Notes: generated by a model from the sequence alone, not told the origin. Positions 1 through 14,150 are shown, numbered from the stretch's first letter. The stretch: DNA of 64,000 nucleotides from Eledone cirrhosa (GCA_964016885.1 OZ024740.1:192634001-192698000), one strand, 5' to 3'. Numbers and translations are program-made.

Positions 1-676
1 TGAAACACCATATTTACAAGGAGGAGGCTAGCCCACTGTGCAGGTTCTGTGGAGAGAGGAAACTGTGGCTCACATTGTATCCGAGTGTAAACACCTAGCC
101 CAGACTCACTATAAAGGCTGGAGACATGATGTAATGGGCAGGGTGATCCTCTGGCACCTATGCAAAGTAAACAATTTACCACATTCTGAGAAGTGGTATG
201 AGCATAAGCCAGAGTCGGTGATAGAAAACGATTAGGTGAAGCTGCTGTGGGATTTTAGGATACAGACGGACAAAAACTGGAACAAAATAGGTCTGACCTG
301 GTGGTTTGGGACAAGGAAAAAAGATCGTACCTGATTGTGGATGTGGCCTGCCCATTCGACACAAGAATGCAAGAGAAGGAGAGGGAGAAAATTAACCGAT
401 ACCAGGATTTACAGTGGGAGGTAAAAATGATTTGGAACTGCCATGAATTCAAAGTGATCCCGATTGTCATTAGCGCATTATATACTATCTCAAAAAGTTT
501 CCAGGGATGGTTAAAGAAAATTGGCCCCGCTCCACCTTTTGGAACACTTCAAAAGGCATGCTTGCTGGGAACAGCAAGAACCCTCAGATATGTCCTGAAT
601 CTCTGAGGCTGCAGGTAGCAGCTTGATATTCATTTCAACAAACTTTCCAGTTAAATGACATTAATGACTGAGACTC
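1..676 (+). mobile_element. 3' end of an RLE-clade (R4/Dong-like) non-LTR retrotransposon, decayed
   Basis: Translations give zinc-knuckle ETVAHIVSEC..LAQTHYKGWRHD, then RLE motifs D.VVWDKEKRSYLIVDVACPFD...EKINRYQDL...VIPIVI...LQKACLLGTARTLRYVL*. Ends directly in (AAT)n; stop and frameshift present. Confidence 0.85.
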
Positions 677-686
677 AAATAATAAC

Positions 687-736
<50 letters not shown>

Positions 737-737
737 T
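677..737. repeat. (AAT)n microsatellite, including the left TSD of the Tx1 element
   Basis: Direct reading; ends with aataataatgat. Confidence 0.95.
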
Positions 738-1024
738 TTCTTTATTGGCCACAAGGGTTGACATCAAGAAAAACATCACAGATGGAACAGGTGGTACGAT
801 GTGGGTTTTGTGCGTGTAAATATTTTTTTATTATTTATATAAGAAAAGAAAAAAGACATAAAACATATATATATATAAACAATAAAATGAAAATTGAAAC
901 AATGAAAAATTCCCCAATAGGAGGGAAACCTCCGAGGGTTACTCGTGGCGAAAACCACACAAAAGACCACGGCCAACCTGACTACCAGGGCAAGCGCCCT
1001 CTCTCAATTTTTCCATCTCTCAAA

Positions 1025-4000
1025 CTAGAGACGTTTATTCAGAGTGGTCCCGTTCACTCGGACCAACCTCCCTACATTCACCCAACTTTCAACAAACTTG
1101 CTAGAAAGCAGCACTTGCCTCTCCACCCTGATATTCCTCTTCAAGTGAAACTTGAAAATCAGGGATTCGCCGAAGGGGAAAGTGTTTGTCTTTAATCCTT
1201 TTAACCTTGTCCACCACACAATCTCTTTAGCCATGGCCACCAGGCAGATGAAAACCGCCTGCCCTTCCTCCTCAAAGAAAGACGGCGAGACCATCTGCAC
1301 AATGGACTCAGTCGACAACGGGTTCAGTCCCAGACGTGACAGCCACTGTTCGACATAGCTCCACAAGTCAGCAATGCTCGGTCACTGAACGAGTGCGTGC
1401 ACAACGGTTTCGCTCTGCGCGCATCTCGGAGAGGCTCGGATGACGGCACTTCCGTGCCTGTAGAGCTTATCTCGAACCGGCAGCGCTTCCCGGTAGCACT
1501 GCCAGGCCAGGTATTTTTGGAAGTTATCCATAGGCCCCGGGCTGAAAGTTCTCCGGAAGAGAGCAAGCAGCTGATCTTCTTCGACGCCCAGGATCTCTCC
1601 GAGAACGTCGTCGCTCTTCCCCTCCACTATTCCTCTATAGAACGCCGAGGTGAATGTTCCACCGATACTGGTGCCCAACTGGGAGAGGGCAGTGAGCGCC
1701 TGGAGACATTCCAGTTTCCAAGCGCTATCCCTCGGTCTTTTTCTGACCCAGGACTGCAGCTCCGTCAAGGAGACGAGCTGTGGGAAAATGTGCCTGGCGA
1801 ACGGCGACCACACCCGTTCACCATCAAGGAAGCACCAGAGATGTCGCAGCCTCAGCGCATGATTGCGCATCATCAGCTATGGCATGCCCAGTCCTCAACG
1901 CAACGGGTGTTGACAGCAGATGGATCGTCTGACCATGGGAGCGTGTCCCTTCCACAATAAGCGGAAGAGGAAGCGCTCCATTTTTGTGAGAGTTGGGCTG
2001 GAGCAAGGGACGACGGTGAGGCGGTAGCAGATGACGGATGCGATGTACGGATTCGCCACTTCCGCCCGGCCTTTCAGGGACAGCTTCCTCTCAGCCCATT
2101 TCTGGGTGAGGGAGGCCATCCTGCTCGTCACCTCGTTCCAGTTTTTCTGCATCTGGAGGTCCGGTCCGAACCAGACCCCGAGCAATTTTATCGGTCCGTC
2201 CGTCCAACGCCCCACGACGCTGTCGGACGGCATGGACTTGCCTCTCCAGGTGCCTAGCTGCAACCCCACCGACTTTTCCTGGTTTATCTTTGCTCCTGTC
2301 ACCGTTTCGTATTCCTTGAGAGCGGTGCCGAGCATTTGGACGTGTCTGGTGCTTGACATCACCACGGTGACGTCGTCGGCGTAAGCCGACTCGGATTTCC
2401 CGAATCCTAGTTCGCGTGGGACGCCCCTCATCGCCCCCTGTTTGTGAGGTAACGGCTCGAGAGTCAATACGAACAAGAGGGACGAGAGGGGACAGCCCTG
2501 GCGGACTGAGCGCATGATGCTGAACGGCTGCGAGAGGTGAACGTTCACCCTCACAACTGAGCAGATGTCGCTGTACATTGTTGCGATCCAACGCCTGAAA
2601 ACGGGCCCGAAACCGTCTGCCTCGAGGACCGCCGCCAGGTACCGATGGTCGACCCTATCGAATGCTTTGGATTGATCCAAGTTGATCAGGGCCCCACCCT
2701 TGCCAGGTTCCTTAACCACCCTCTCTATGATGTATCGCATGAGGTGGAGGTTGTCGTGTATGGATCTGTCCGGGATGGCGCATGTCTGCGCCTATCCCAC
2801 CAGACCCTTGACGACAAGCGCCAACCTCGTTGCTAACACCTTGGCCAAAATATTGAAATCTGCGTTTAGCAGAGTTATGGCCCTTAAATTATCAATAACA
2901 TCCCCCGTGTTCGGGTCTTTTCTCAGCAGCCCCACTGCTCCCCGGCTCACAAAACTGGAAATGCTCCCGTTCTGCTGCCAGTTGCAGTAGACGTCTGCCA
3001 AGAGGTCACCGAAAAAGTCTGTCATAAATGCATAAAGCTCGTAGGGCAGACCATCTAAACCTGGCGATTTACCTCTTGTGCAGATAGCCATCGCTTTCCG
3101 TATTTCACCGGCTGTTATTGGCTGTTCGCAACACTGTGCTGCGGTCGTCGAGAGCCGAGGCAGTCCGTTGAGGTATGCACTGAAGTCCATCTCCCGATCC
3201 GGGCCGCCTCTGCTCCCGAACAGTTCAGCAAAGTGCTGCTGAAAAGCTTCACACATCCGCTCGGGTTCGAGCATCACGCACCTGTTTTGGTCAAAGACCG
3301 AATTGTGGCTTTATTGCCACGTCACGCCTCTACCACCCAGGCCCATTGGACGGCTTTTGTACCCTGGTGTTTCAGAGAACGCGCTCTAGCTCTGACAACG
3401 CAGCCTTCGTGTTTTGCGTTGAAGAATTGGTCGAGTGCCAATCTCGCCGCAAGCACGTCGGTTGCGATGCCTGTCCTAAACGCCTCTTCTAGCTTTCTGA
3501 CTAGCTCTCCCTCTACTCTATTTTCCTCTATCACTACTCCTTTGCTAAACCTAATCGACTCTACTTTAATTGCCCTTTTCAGGGCGAACCACCACCTGTT
3601 GTTGACGACCGCTCCCGTCAACGCCCGCTTAACTAATACGCTAATCCGGTCTCTGTAGGCCTTGCGCGCCGGGAAAGACGAGTTCAGCTTCCAGTAACCA
3701 GGCCCTTGTCTATGAAGTCTGTCTATGTCGATCTCACAGATCTCAAATTTGTGGTCTGTGTAGTCGACTATTTTAAATTGTGGACAACTTATACTAGCCT
3801 TATCTAGTTTCCTGCAGAATACCCTATCTAGATACGATCTGGAGACCCGATGCGGTTTGTCCATGTCCACATTGGCACAATCGGGTGATCCAGTCGATAT
3901 CTGTCAGACAGTTCAAGACGTCTGAGCAGGTGGGTGAGGCGGATGCACCCTCCTCCCCTATCCACTAGCCCCACACGATCCCAGCGTGCATCCAAGATAC

Positions 4001-4428
4001 CGTTCCAGTCACCCACTGACACTAAAGAGCGGGACGTTCCAAGAAAGGTCTCTAGACGTCTGAAGAAATCTGGCCGTCCTGCCCCTATTGGGGCGTAGAC
4101 GGCTACTAGCCTGAAAGCATTGCCTTTGCTGCCGGTCACGTCCAGCACCACCGACTTACCTTCTGGTTCCAGGAAGATGGCCCGTATCGCGAGATCCAAG
4201 CCTCTCCGAAAAAGGACGGCAACACCTCCCCCCGGTCCTGGACGGCTGGGAGATGCGTATACATCGTAGCCGCCGAAGATTGTGCGAAGGCCCGTGCCTC
4301 GGAGATTCTGGTTTCACTGATGGCCATCACATCTATGTTTAGTGACCTGAGGTCATTGAGCAGGTGACTCTGCTTCCAAGATGACCCTAGGCCACGTGAT
4401 TTATACTGCCTATTCTGAGTACAGCCAT
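1025..4428 (-). pseudogene. Tx1/L1 ORF2 (APE endonuclease + reverse transcriptase), broken into several frames
   Basis: APE: MAVLRIGSIN, AISET, VYAP, VGDWN, LDRVF, TDHK, GPGYWKLN. RT: KSPGLDGLPYE, RAITLLNADFNILAKVLA, LDQSKAFDRVDH, VRQGCPLS, YADD, LLGVWF. C-terminal PRCAQSETVVHAL. Confidence 0.9.
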
Positions 4429-4499
4429 GTTGGATGAGAAACGGGGCAAATGAGAAAGGGTCAGTAGAACCGTCCCTTTCGCTGGTCATGGGTGTTTCC

Positions 4500-6421
4500 A
4501 AGAGGATGTCAGTGTATATCCTCTTGGTAACCGTCCCTCTGAAGTCTCCAACTGCGTTGGGGAATTTTTGTTTTAAAGGTTTGTATTGTTCTAATGAGAT
4601 TTCGATGATGCTTATGTTTGTCGGGAGAGTTCTTGATGTTGGTGGGGTGTAGTAATTTTTTTCCGTGATGTCTGTGTGCTGCTTTATATATTTTATGAGT
4701 TCTTTTTTTGCTATGTTTATGGCTGTGTACTTTTTGGGGGGAGGGGTGATTTTGTTGCTGTTTTCATTTTGTTGCTGTTTGGTGTGTGTGTGTCTTGTTG
4801 TGTTTGCGTTGTTGGTGTTTGTGGTGGTGTTGCTGCAAGTTTCCTTGCTGTCTTTACCCCTCTTTGTATGCCTTCGCTTTTGGAGGGTGAATCTAAGGGT
4901 TTTTTTCTTATTTGTTTTTTGTGGCAGACTGTTTGCCACGTCACTCCCGCCTCAAAATCCATTTCGGATTCTGTGGCGTCTGGGAGGGGTATGTGCTCCA
5001 CCGCTGTTGGTGGTGGTAGTGGAGCCCTCTTCGGCAATCTTGTTGCTGGTGTAGCTATTGGTGTTGCCGCTACTGATGATGCTGCTTTAGTTATCCGTGG
5101 CTATGGGACGGGTGCTACGGACGTTGCCCCTACTCAACGTGGAAGGGACTTCTTCGTTTGTTGCCTGTCCTGCTCTTGGTAGCAGCGGACCAGTTATTGG
5201 AAGGAGAGGGGCCCTCTTCGGTGTCTTCTGCGGGCAAAAGGCCCTGAGATGACCTTTCGACCCACAGAGATAACATTTTGGCCGTCTTCCTCCTACACTT
5301 ATAGGGAGTTGGAGTCCTTCCTCAAAGTCTATGATATCGGGGATAGCCTCGATACATTCCTGGTCAGTTTGTATAAGCATTTGCATGCCTATACCTGACC
5401 AGTTCTTTCTCCCTATTTTTTCTACTTGCAGCATGGTCGCCCTGTTCTCAATTCCAGCAAGGACAGACGCGGCCAGCCAAGGTATGGGCACGTCGGGTGG
5501 GACCTGGGTCACTTTGACCCTCACAATTTTCTGCCCGCAGTAGGAGGGCACCAAGACTAACTCCTCGCTCTTTGGGGTTTCCAAAGTGTGAGGCTTTGCT
5601 TGCTGGGGGGTGACGAAAAGTACGTCTACTCTGGCGTACTTTCTGCCTCGGGTGATGTGGGTTTTGCGTGCCCAGACGCACCCCAAGGCCTTTTGGATTT
5701 GAGCCTCCGTGGCTCTCTCCACTCGATGTGAGATTTTGCTTACGGTGCGGTAAGTCACCGTTCGTAGCTGCTGGTCCTTGAACAAATCGGGTGTAGGTTT
5801 CAGGGAAACTCTATTTGCGTTTCCTGTCCCTTGCGACTGCCATCTCCACCTCTGTGACTAACACTGTCTCGATATTTCGGGCGACACCTGCAAAAGAAGG
5901 GGTCCCTTTTTCAGCAGCACCACTATTGCTGCCTCTACAGGTCTTACTGGTGGTGCTGAGGTCGCTATTACAGATATCGGTGTCATTGTTGTTCTTTTCG
6001 CTGGTACAGTTGTTGGTGTTGTTTTCGTTGATACTGTTGCTGCTGTTACTGTTATTGTGGCTGTTGTTATTATTGTTGTTTTTGTTGATACTGTTCCTAC
6101 TATTATTGATGATGTGGCTGTTGTTATTGTCATTGTTATTGTCGTTCTCGACCTTACCGCTGTTATTTTTGTTATTGTCGTTCTCGACTTTACCGCTGTT
6201 ATTTTTGGTGTTGTTGTTGGTGATGTTGTTGGTGTTATTGTTGGTGTTGTTTGTGTTAGAAATATTTGTTAATTTTAAATCTGTAACAATCTTTTTTTCC
6301 TTTGTAATATTTTCGTTTATATTTACCTCCGCTGGAACGCTGTCTTGTTGACATGCTGATAAAGTCTCCCTCTCTGTGTGTTGTCTAACAGCGCTCTCTC
6401 TCTCTTTTTTGTGTTATCCAT
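4500..6421 (-). pseudogene. Tx1 ORF1 (gag-like, CCHC zinc knuckle), frameshifted, with Thr-rich N-terminus
   Basis: Probable ATG at 6421. ORF 5087-5785 contains CYLCGSKGHLRAFC. Lies between the 5' UTR and ORF2. Confidence 0.75.
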
Positions 6422-6647
6422 GTTGAAATTATTCAAAAAATATTTTTACACAAATACGAATACGACACCCCGTAAAGGGGTGCCGTACTATTTACTAGTG
6501 AACCCATGTATTAGGTGGGTCACTTCTTCTAAACTTTTATCAAATTTAAAACTTGAATAAAAATGTTTAGAACGGTTGAAAAAGAGGTAAAACGTTGAAA
6601 AAGACTGGAGACGATAAGAAGCGTGGCTTCACCAACCAATAATAATG

Positions 6648-6684
<37 letters not shown>

Positions 6685-6686
6685 TA

Positions 6687-8160
6687 ACCCTTAATCACTT
6701 GTTCTACAAGGATGACTTGAAACTATTTGCAAAACATGATGAGCAATTGCAAGGGCCATTATTCATTGTGAAGCAGTTCACTGATGATATTAAAATGGAG
6801 TTTGGACTAGAAAAAGGCGCCAAATCTACGTACACCAGAGGAAAGATGTTGAGAAGTTCAGACATTAATCTTCATCGGGAGAATGTGATAAGAGAACTTG
6901 GTTAAGTAGAAACTTGAGACGGAATTAAGAACTCAACAATGAAGGAAAGAATTAGGAAGAAATGTTACCACAGAGTAAGAGCAATCTTAAGAACGGAATT
7001 GAGTGCAAGGAATAGGATCGATATCATAAATACACTTGCCATACCAGTAGTAACTTACAGCTTCAATGTCATCAACTGGTGAAGCACAGAGATCCGTTGG
7101 TTCAATATGAACATGAGGAAATGCTTAACCATGCACAGAATGCATCACCCTAAAGCAGATACAGATAGAATATATCTCCCTAGGATTACCTACAGGGAGG
7201 CATATGATTGGATGATTAAATTCGTTATGAAACATGAAAGCATCAAAAGATCATACTACATTAGAAAAGATGCACAAAGATACAGTAATGAACTACAAGT
7301 TCACTTTACTGCTGAAATGAAAAACACAGAAAAGACAAAGCAGGTAAAAGTAACGAAAGAACTGCTACAGAAAGTGGCTAAAAGAAAAGCCTCTGTATGG
7401 AAATAAACCACAACGATCTAACAATCCCGATGTTGGCAAAACTTTAATCCATCAGAGGTTGGCATCCTCTGGACTGAAATCGGAAACTGAAGGACTGATT
7501 ATGTCAGCACAAGATCAGTTTCAGCCAACAAAAACATTATCAAGCCAACATGATAAAAACTGGATGCAACCCTTTTTTCCGTGTATGTAAAAAGAGAACC
7601 AGAGACCATTGATCATAAAATTTCAATCTGCAGTGCTATAGCTCCAACTGAATACCTAAACAGGCACGAAAGAGCTGCAAAATGCATACATTGAGTAATG
7701 TGTAAGCTTTTGGCCTGCCCCATCAAAAGAATTGGTGGGAGTATCAACTACCTCCCGTACTTGAAATATGTCACATCTCAAATTCATGGAGCTTAATCAT
7801 CCAAACAGATCGAAAAATAGATGCAAATAGACCTGATAGGCCTGAAAGACTTTATAGACTAAAGGATTTTTAAATGAGGGTATGCCTGCTATTGACATGT
7901 CCGTTCGTAGACAAGAATGTATCTATAAACATATTTGAGAAATTGAGCAAGTATAAAGACGTGGAGATAGAGATCGAAAATATGTGGAAGTCCAGAACTA
8001 AAATAATATCAGTAGTTCGAGGCGCTCTAGGAATGATACCTAAGTGGTCTAATGATTACTTATCCTAAATACCAGGAAACCCGCGTATAGAAGAAATACA
8101 AAAGATAGTACTAATGGGAACTGAGCATATGCTAAGATTCCGTCAATATAAATACATCAC
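6687..8160 (+). mobile_element. 5'-truncated R4/Dong-like RT-RLE retrotransposon, decayed
   Basis: LNHLFYKDDLKLFA, IKMEFGLEK, MHRMHHPKADTDRIYLPR, EKLSKYKDVEIEIENMW, SVVRGALGMI. Begins immediately after (AAT)n. Confidence 0.85.
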
Positions 8161-8369
8161 AAATCTAAACACCTAAGGATACATGTGTGTGTGTGCGTGT
8201 GTCTCTGTGTGTGCGTGTGTATGTGTGGGTGTGGGTGTGTGAGTGCGTGTGTGTATGTGTGTGTGTGTGTGTGTGTTCTCTCTTGAACATGGCGAACCTT
8301 CTTGTCTCTTGAGGTCACTGGTTGTGACTTGGTGATAACTTGTATTAACATAAAGCAAGATAAATGAAA

Positions 8370-8372
<3 letters not shown>

Positions 8373-8438
<66 letters not shown>
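8373..8438. repeat. (AAT)n microsatellite
   Basis: Direct reading. Confidence 0.95.
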
Positions 8439-8440
<2 letters not shown>

Positions 8441-9270
8441 TCCACAAGAAGGTTGCTCCTTAACCGAAAAGATATTGTCATAGACCAACTAACTACCATA
8501 AAGGAACTTAACAAGGAAGTTGGAGTTAATGAAGGAAATGGAATCCAGCATGCAAGTATGAAGGATAAGATAGGGAGGGAGTACATAAGGAAAATGAAAC
8601 TTGTAACAAAATGTGATCTAAAGTCATTAACAGCCTAGCAGTAGCAGTTTTAACATACAGCTTTAACATCATAATCTGGAACCATGAAGAACTACAAATG
8701 TTGGACACTAAGACAAGGAAATTATTGACAACTCAAAAAAAATGCACCACACTAAAGCAGATGTTCTCATGACATCCAAATTTCTAACAAATAGTATGAA
8801 CATCAAAGAAAAACAGTGATGGAAAAGGGAAACATATCTATCTGTGCGATATGCCTGTGTTAACTGACCGAGAAATCGTTCCCAACAGACCAGATGTCAT
8901 CATTAAAATCAGAACAGATCGGACATGTAGCCTTATAGATATTTCCGTGCCAGCTGACGAGAATACCTCTATAAAAACAATGGAAAAACTCTCAGAATAC
9001 AAAGACTTGAAATAGAGATCAACCGCATGTGGAGGACGACGAGAAATTGAGGTAATAGGAGCATTTGGATTAATAGCCAAATCTTCAGAACTGCACATTA
9101 TCGTCCTTCTCTGCAAAATCAGCAAATGTTAACTACAGAATATCAAGCACACATTCTCTGACGAGTTCTCTCTCTACCATGCAAACACATATTACTCTAA
9201 GTTCAAAGGCTGGAGGCGGCAATAGAGAAACAGGCCTGAGCTAAACGAAATAACACAGGAATAATAATAA
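8439..9270 (+). mobile_element. Internally deleted R4/Dong-like fragment
   Basis: MKDKIGREYIRKMKLV; TDREIVPNRPDVII..LIDISVPADENTSIKTMEKLSEYKDL. Flanked by (AAT)n on both sides. Confidence 0.8.
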
Positions 9271-9289
9271 TAACATTATTATTATTATT

Positions 9290-9480
9290 TTGGATTGGCA
9301 GTATTGGTAGAGTGTCGGATGCCATGCTTTGGCGCATAGAGTTACGGCCCTTGCCATTCTGAGTTCAAATCCCGTCGAGGATAACTTTGCCTTTCATCCT
9401 TACAGGGTCGATAAAATAAAGTACCAGTAATACACTGGCTCATTGCTGGCCTTGTGCCTAACGTAGAAACAATTATTATT
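9290..9480 (+). mobile_element. tRNA-derived SINE (octopus-type)
   Basis: A-box-like TGGCAGTATTGG, B-box-like GAGTTCAAATCC, body ctttgcctttcatcct...ggggtcgataaaataaagtaccagt-like, (ATT)n tail. Resembles the abundant octopus SINE as I recall it. Confidence 0.75.
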
Positions 9481-9589
9481 TGAAACTTCCTTTGTATTAT
9501 ATTTTTTCCCAAATCATGCCTGAGGCAGAATTTGATAATACAAACATTTTACAATCAATTGTCATTCAAATGATGCCACATGTGCTCAT

Positions 9590-10150
9590 ATATCAGTAAA
9601 TGGCTTTACACGGTTTTTAAATTGATAAAGCCTTCTCAGTATATGGAGGGTGAATTCAGTTCTATTTTCTGCACCTCTTGCAGAGATGGATTTCCAGATA
9701 TCTGGTCCAGATATTTCAGTTACCTTTTTTAACATTCCAAGTGTATCGACTATCATCGACAAGCCTTGAGATGCCAGATTTTCTCAATTTCAATTAATAG
9801 ACTTTTATATTTACTGAGTTTGACAATCTCTTTCGGAGAAATATTACGATTTGATGGAATGCGCTCATGTCAATTAAGAAACATGTTTTCTCTTTATGGT
9901 CTTTCATAATTATATCGGGTCTGTTGGTCTTTGTTGTTCAGGCGGTATTCACAAAGAATTCCATGGGATTGACACGTTCTCGCGTCCTGTTACTATTTCA
10001 AACGATAGAACGTGCACATTACCCTGTGTATGTATCGACCCATTCTATCATGTATCATTTTATATATACTTGCCGAGCTACTACTTCTCAGCCTGAGACC
10101 AGGTGGTCAATGGTCTCAACATGCTCATCACGGACACTTCGGGTCAGTTC
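9590..10150 (-). mobile_element. R4/Dong-like RLE 3' fragment, strongly decayed
   Basis: Minus strand reads ..EHVETIDHLVSG, NRPDIIMKD, EIVKLSKYKSLLIEI. Confidence 0.7.
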
Positions 10151-12639
10151 CATTTCTGATCATATCGGCTTTAGTTACTGAGTTATACTTATAATTAAAT
10201 AAACCATCTATGTCAAACATGTTATGATGCTGAATTCCCTTAGATCTAGTTTAAAGCTTCATGTGTCTCTGAAATGCTCAACTACTTGCTCGTTGAGTTC
10301 TCTAACTGCATGTTCTATTGGTCAACTACGTGAAAATTGTTTATCGGAATCGAAAATATTTCAAGAAAATACATTGCCGCTTTAACTACTTTCACATATT
10401 CAAATTAACCAACAATCATCTTTATTTCCCCTGTTTTACACAATAAACTGATCATGTGTCGTAAGTATGTTCTTGAATTCATTAAAGTGGATGGCAGCAT
10501 GGTCGGAGTAATTGGAAATCACGTTAAGAATAAATCCAAATGTAATACAAAGTCGATTTCAAGCTACCTCACCATTACGTGTAGTCTTTACTAGGTATGT
10601 GCTACTATTACTTATAAAATGGCTGAATTTATAGGTTAATAATTATAAGTATGTATGCACCCTTTATACACAACTAACACTGCTCAGATTTTACGATATG
10701 TGTACAAAAGATTTTACCTCCATTACTTATGCAAATTTATGTAATTGAAGAAAAACCTGATTTTCGGCAAGTATGGAAAGATCTTGCAGACTTGAGGTAA
10801 TATTAGATAAGCTGCATTTTATTAAAATCCGGCTGCAGTCTCCTGGTTTTGTTTCAATTAAGGTTGAATATCTCAATTCACGCAGATAAGTTATAGCAAT
10901 AGAAAAATCATATTCATCGTTTCTTTTCCAACAACGACGATGAAGTTAAATTTGACATTGTATTAACATTATAACTGTCACATAATTTTAAATTTTATTA
11001 AACACCTCTTGAAATTTTTATTGCTCTATTTCCCATTTCTACGATTGAAACATCTCTTTAAATGCATTCATTTCTTCCATTAAATAAATAACTGTTTGAT
11101 CATGGCTTCGTAAAAATCTATTTAAGTTATTCAATTTAGAAATATATTTTCAGAAGTTAACTTAATTTAAAATCTGTCGATCTTAAGGCTAAATGATTTT
11201 TGTTTGGTTTTCACTTTTATATATGTAATTTAGTTTTTGGATAGGAAAACCATTCTACTCCAATTCATTGTGACATTCACCCCAGCGGAACCAAGTTGTC
11301 TCCGAGTAATATAGTACGTTCAGAGTGATATAAATATTTAGAATCCATTGCGGAAGAAATTGACTGATTAGACATTTCATACATTATTACACCCATTCAT
11401 AGGGATATATATTTTATAGCAGATTATTGCCTGTTCTCTAATAGTAGAGGCAATATATAAAGTTATGTTATATTTGTTTCTGTAGAAACTTTAATGGGTG
11501 CATCCAAACATTGCAGTCTCAAAGCATATATTGAAATACTCATTCCAACATAATTACTCTTTATTAAAAATGAAAATATACTACAACTTCAAAATAATAT
11601 TATTTCGCGGGGTGAACTAAGAAATGTTTTTTAAATTAAATTGACCGTTTTCTCTTTTTTTTTCGGCTAGGATATTGGGCATCAGCTATAATTGGAGAAC
11701 TTTTACTCTGAGCATTGTAATCGTCGAGCTAAATACCATATGCATATCTAATCCGTACCAGCGTCCTTTCATTCTTGCGGGCGGAAACATTCCCAAGTTA
11801 ACCTCCATCACTTTCTGTTTGATTTCAGTTATGTCAGGGATATAGCCGCACTCATTAGGCTTGGCTAATTGGGGCTCATGTGGCTATTTAAGTCATAGTT
11901 GGGGTGGATGGACAGTGACTGACGAATCCATCCGTGCTTTAACGGCTCTTGTTCTTTTGTGCTGTTTGGGTTACACCTACTCTCCTCACCGATCAGGATC
12001 TGGTGTAGCATATGCTTTAATCACCGACCACATGACCATGAATCAGGTTGTACTGGGTGGCATCGTGTCTGTAGCAGACAGAAACCTGACATGAACATAT
12101 GAACCCGTAATTACTAAGGTAGTTGTACCTGTCCTATAATAACATATTGGATGATTTCGAAAATTAAAGCATAATGGATCCAATCACACTTTCCCGGTCT
12201 GAATACCCCAAATAAGAAAGATAAAGAAGGGTTGCGAGACAGAGACAAAGAGGGAGCACTGACTGCTATCGTTCCCGAAATCATGGAAGGCAAATTTGCT
12301 CACGCTGAGATTTAAACTCACAACACATAGAACCAGAATGAATACCACAAAGCATACTATCCGATACTCGAACGACTCAGCCAATAAGAATACTTAAATG
12401 CCATACAGTAGACGTTTTTATTGAGAGGATCAATTATTTTTAGGATACAGCTTCCTCTGTTTAGTTTGTTACACAATGCCATATTTCATAGCAGAAAGTT
12501 TAAAAATACAGGATATATATTGAAGATATCCCGCGATTTCAGAATCTATGAAACCGGTATGTTGTCAAAAGCCTTCTGTAATCGATTCATGTGGATCTAT
12601 CGTGTTATGATTGTTCTCAAGGATCATATAATTAAATAA

Positions 12640-13430
12640 GAGTTGATCTTTACAATTGGCAACTGAACAGGAAAATGCCCAGTCCTGTGAGCCGAGGAGC
12701 AGGGGAACTACTGATAAAAACACGAAATATATTGAGAGAAAATCTGGGAATCAACGAAAATCATCTAGTCACCCTTTAGAGGATGTTCAGTCAAGGGCAT
12801 ATGGATAATTATTTCCAGACATCTTTGAACTGTCTAAAGAATTGGGGAGAGTTGCTAGTTCGGGATAAACTCTACAGGAATGGATGTGCTTGTCCGAGAT
12901 GTGTGCATTGCTGACTAATGGGTTTATGTCGAACACTTACTGGCGTGGACAGGACGAATACGGCTATCAGCTAAGTCCATTGTGAAGATCGCCCCACAGA
13001 TTTCCTTTATTCAAGGATGAATGACAGTTTTTGTCTGACTGGTAGAGATAGCGAAAGAAATGTTATGGTGGACAGGTTTCACTTGCAGAGAAAATCAGTG
13101 TAGAGAGCGAATTGCAGTCGTCAAAGCAATTTGTTTTAATATGGGTGAGAGAGGTGAGAATGCCCGTGTGAATGGACCGGACCTGCTCTGAGTGCAATCC
13201 TGTAGATTTGAAGAGCACAACTGGGACAGGATGCATGCCCTAGATATCAGACCATCCGTGATTTTATGGGGTTTTGTTTCCAGGAGCATCCCTCGAATAT
13301 ATCCTCTTATTGAGGAATTCCCATTGTTTGATTTGTTATTGTTACTTTTATCTTAATATTGTAAAATCTGTGTACACGCAAATCACCCACACATAAACAC
13401 ACTCTATGTTTTTGTCCTGTGCCGTCTTAA
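12640..13430 (+). mobile_element. Old 3' fragment of the Tx1 family seen at 738-6637
   Basis: Contains gttcgggataaactctacagg (VRDKLYR), EIAKEMLWWT and a 3' UTR tacacgcaaatcacccac matching the reverse complement of ~800-820. Confidence 0.7.
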
Positions 13431-13994
13431 TATTTTCTTAATAGTAATCATTCTGGTGTATAAAGATATCTAGCTAATTGCTTACACACTGAAACAATAT
13501 AAGCAACTATCTCTTTTTTCTCGCCACAAATTCTCCATTGAGATTGAACATCTTTCTTGAATATAGTGTTCATTATTCACCTTGTTTTTATGACATCATC
13601 TTGCCTTGCTAATATAATACCTTCCTTTTCTTACTCAATGTAGCCTTTATGTAGCGAAAGAGGTTCTGTGGTGGACGAGGTTGCAAGGACTTAAGAAAGA
13701 CTCTTCGGCCAACACCTCATCAATGTTTTCAACTTTCATTTGGAAAGTAGGGAGAGGGTGGAGAGGAAGTGCTACCACCCTCCAGTACATTTGCCAAAGG
13801 GCTGGTGAATGTTGCGAGACTGGCTCATGGGAATGTGCCTACTTTTAGCATGCGCCTGTAGGCTGGGTGACTTGAAGGGGAGATGGGTGCCCTTCCCGGA
13901 TGCTCTCGGAGCGTCGGGTGGTTCAGGTTAGATGGGGTTATTGCGTCGCCCATGTGCAGTTCACTCCTATTGTTGTATTGTCCTTATACATAGA

Positions 13995-14150
<156 letters not shown>

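Larger units (their letters stand above)
738..6637 (-). mobile_element. Full-length Tx1/L1-clade LINE (ORF1 + APE-RT ORF2), frameshifted
   Basis: Ordered ORF1 (CCHC), APE, RT and C-terminal domain on the minus strand. AATAAA at the 3' end (plus-strand tttatt ~741-746). Flanked by identical aataataatgat at 726-737 and 6638-6649. Confidence 0.9.

Noticed and set aside
11671-12118. Possible host exon (polypyrimidine-AG at 11670, AAG|GTAGTT at 12118)
   Set aside because: All three frames contain stops and no protein motif is recognisable; a non-coding exon cannot be supported without RNA data.
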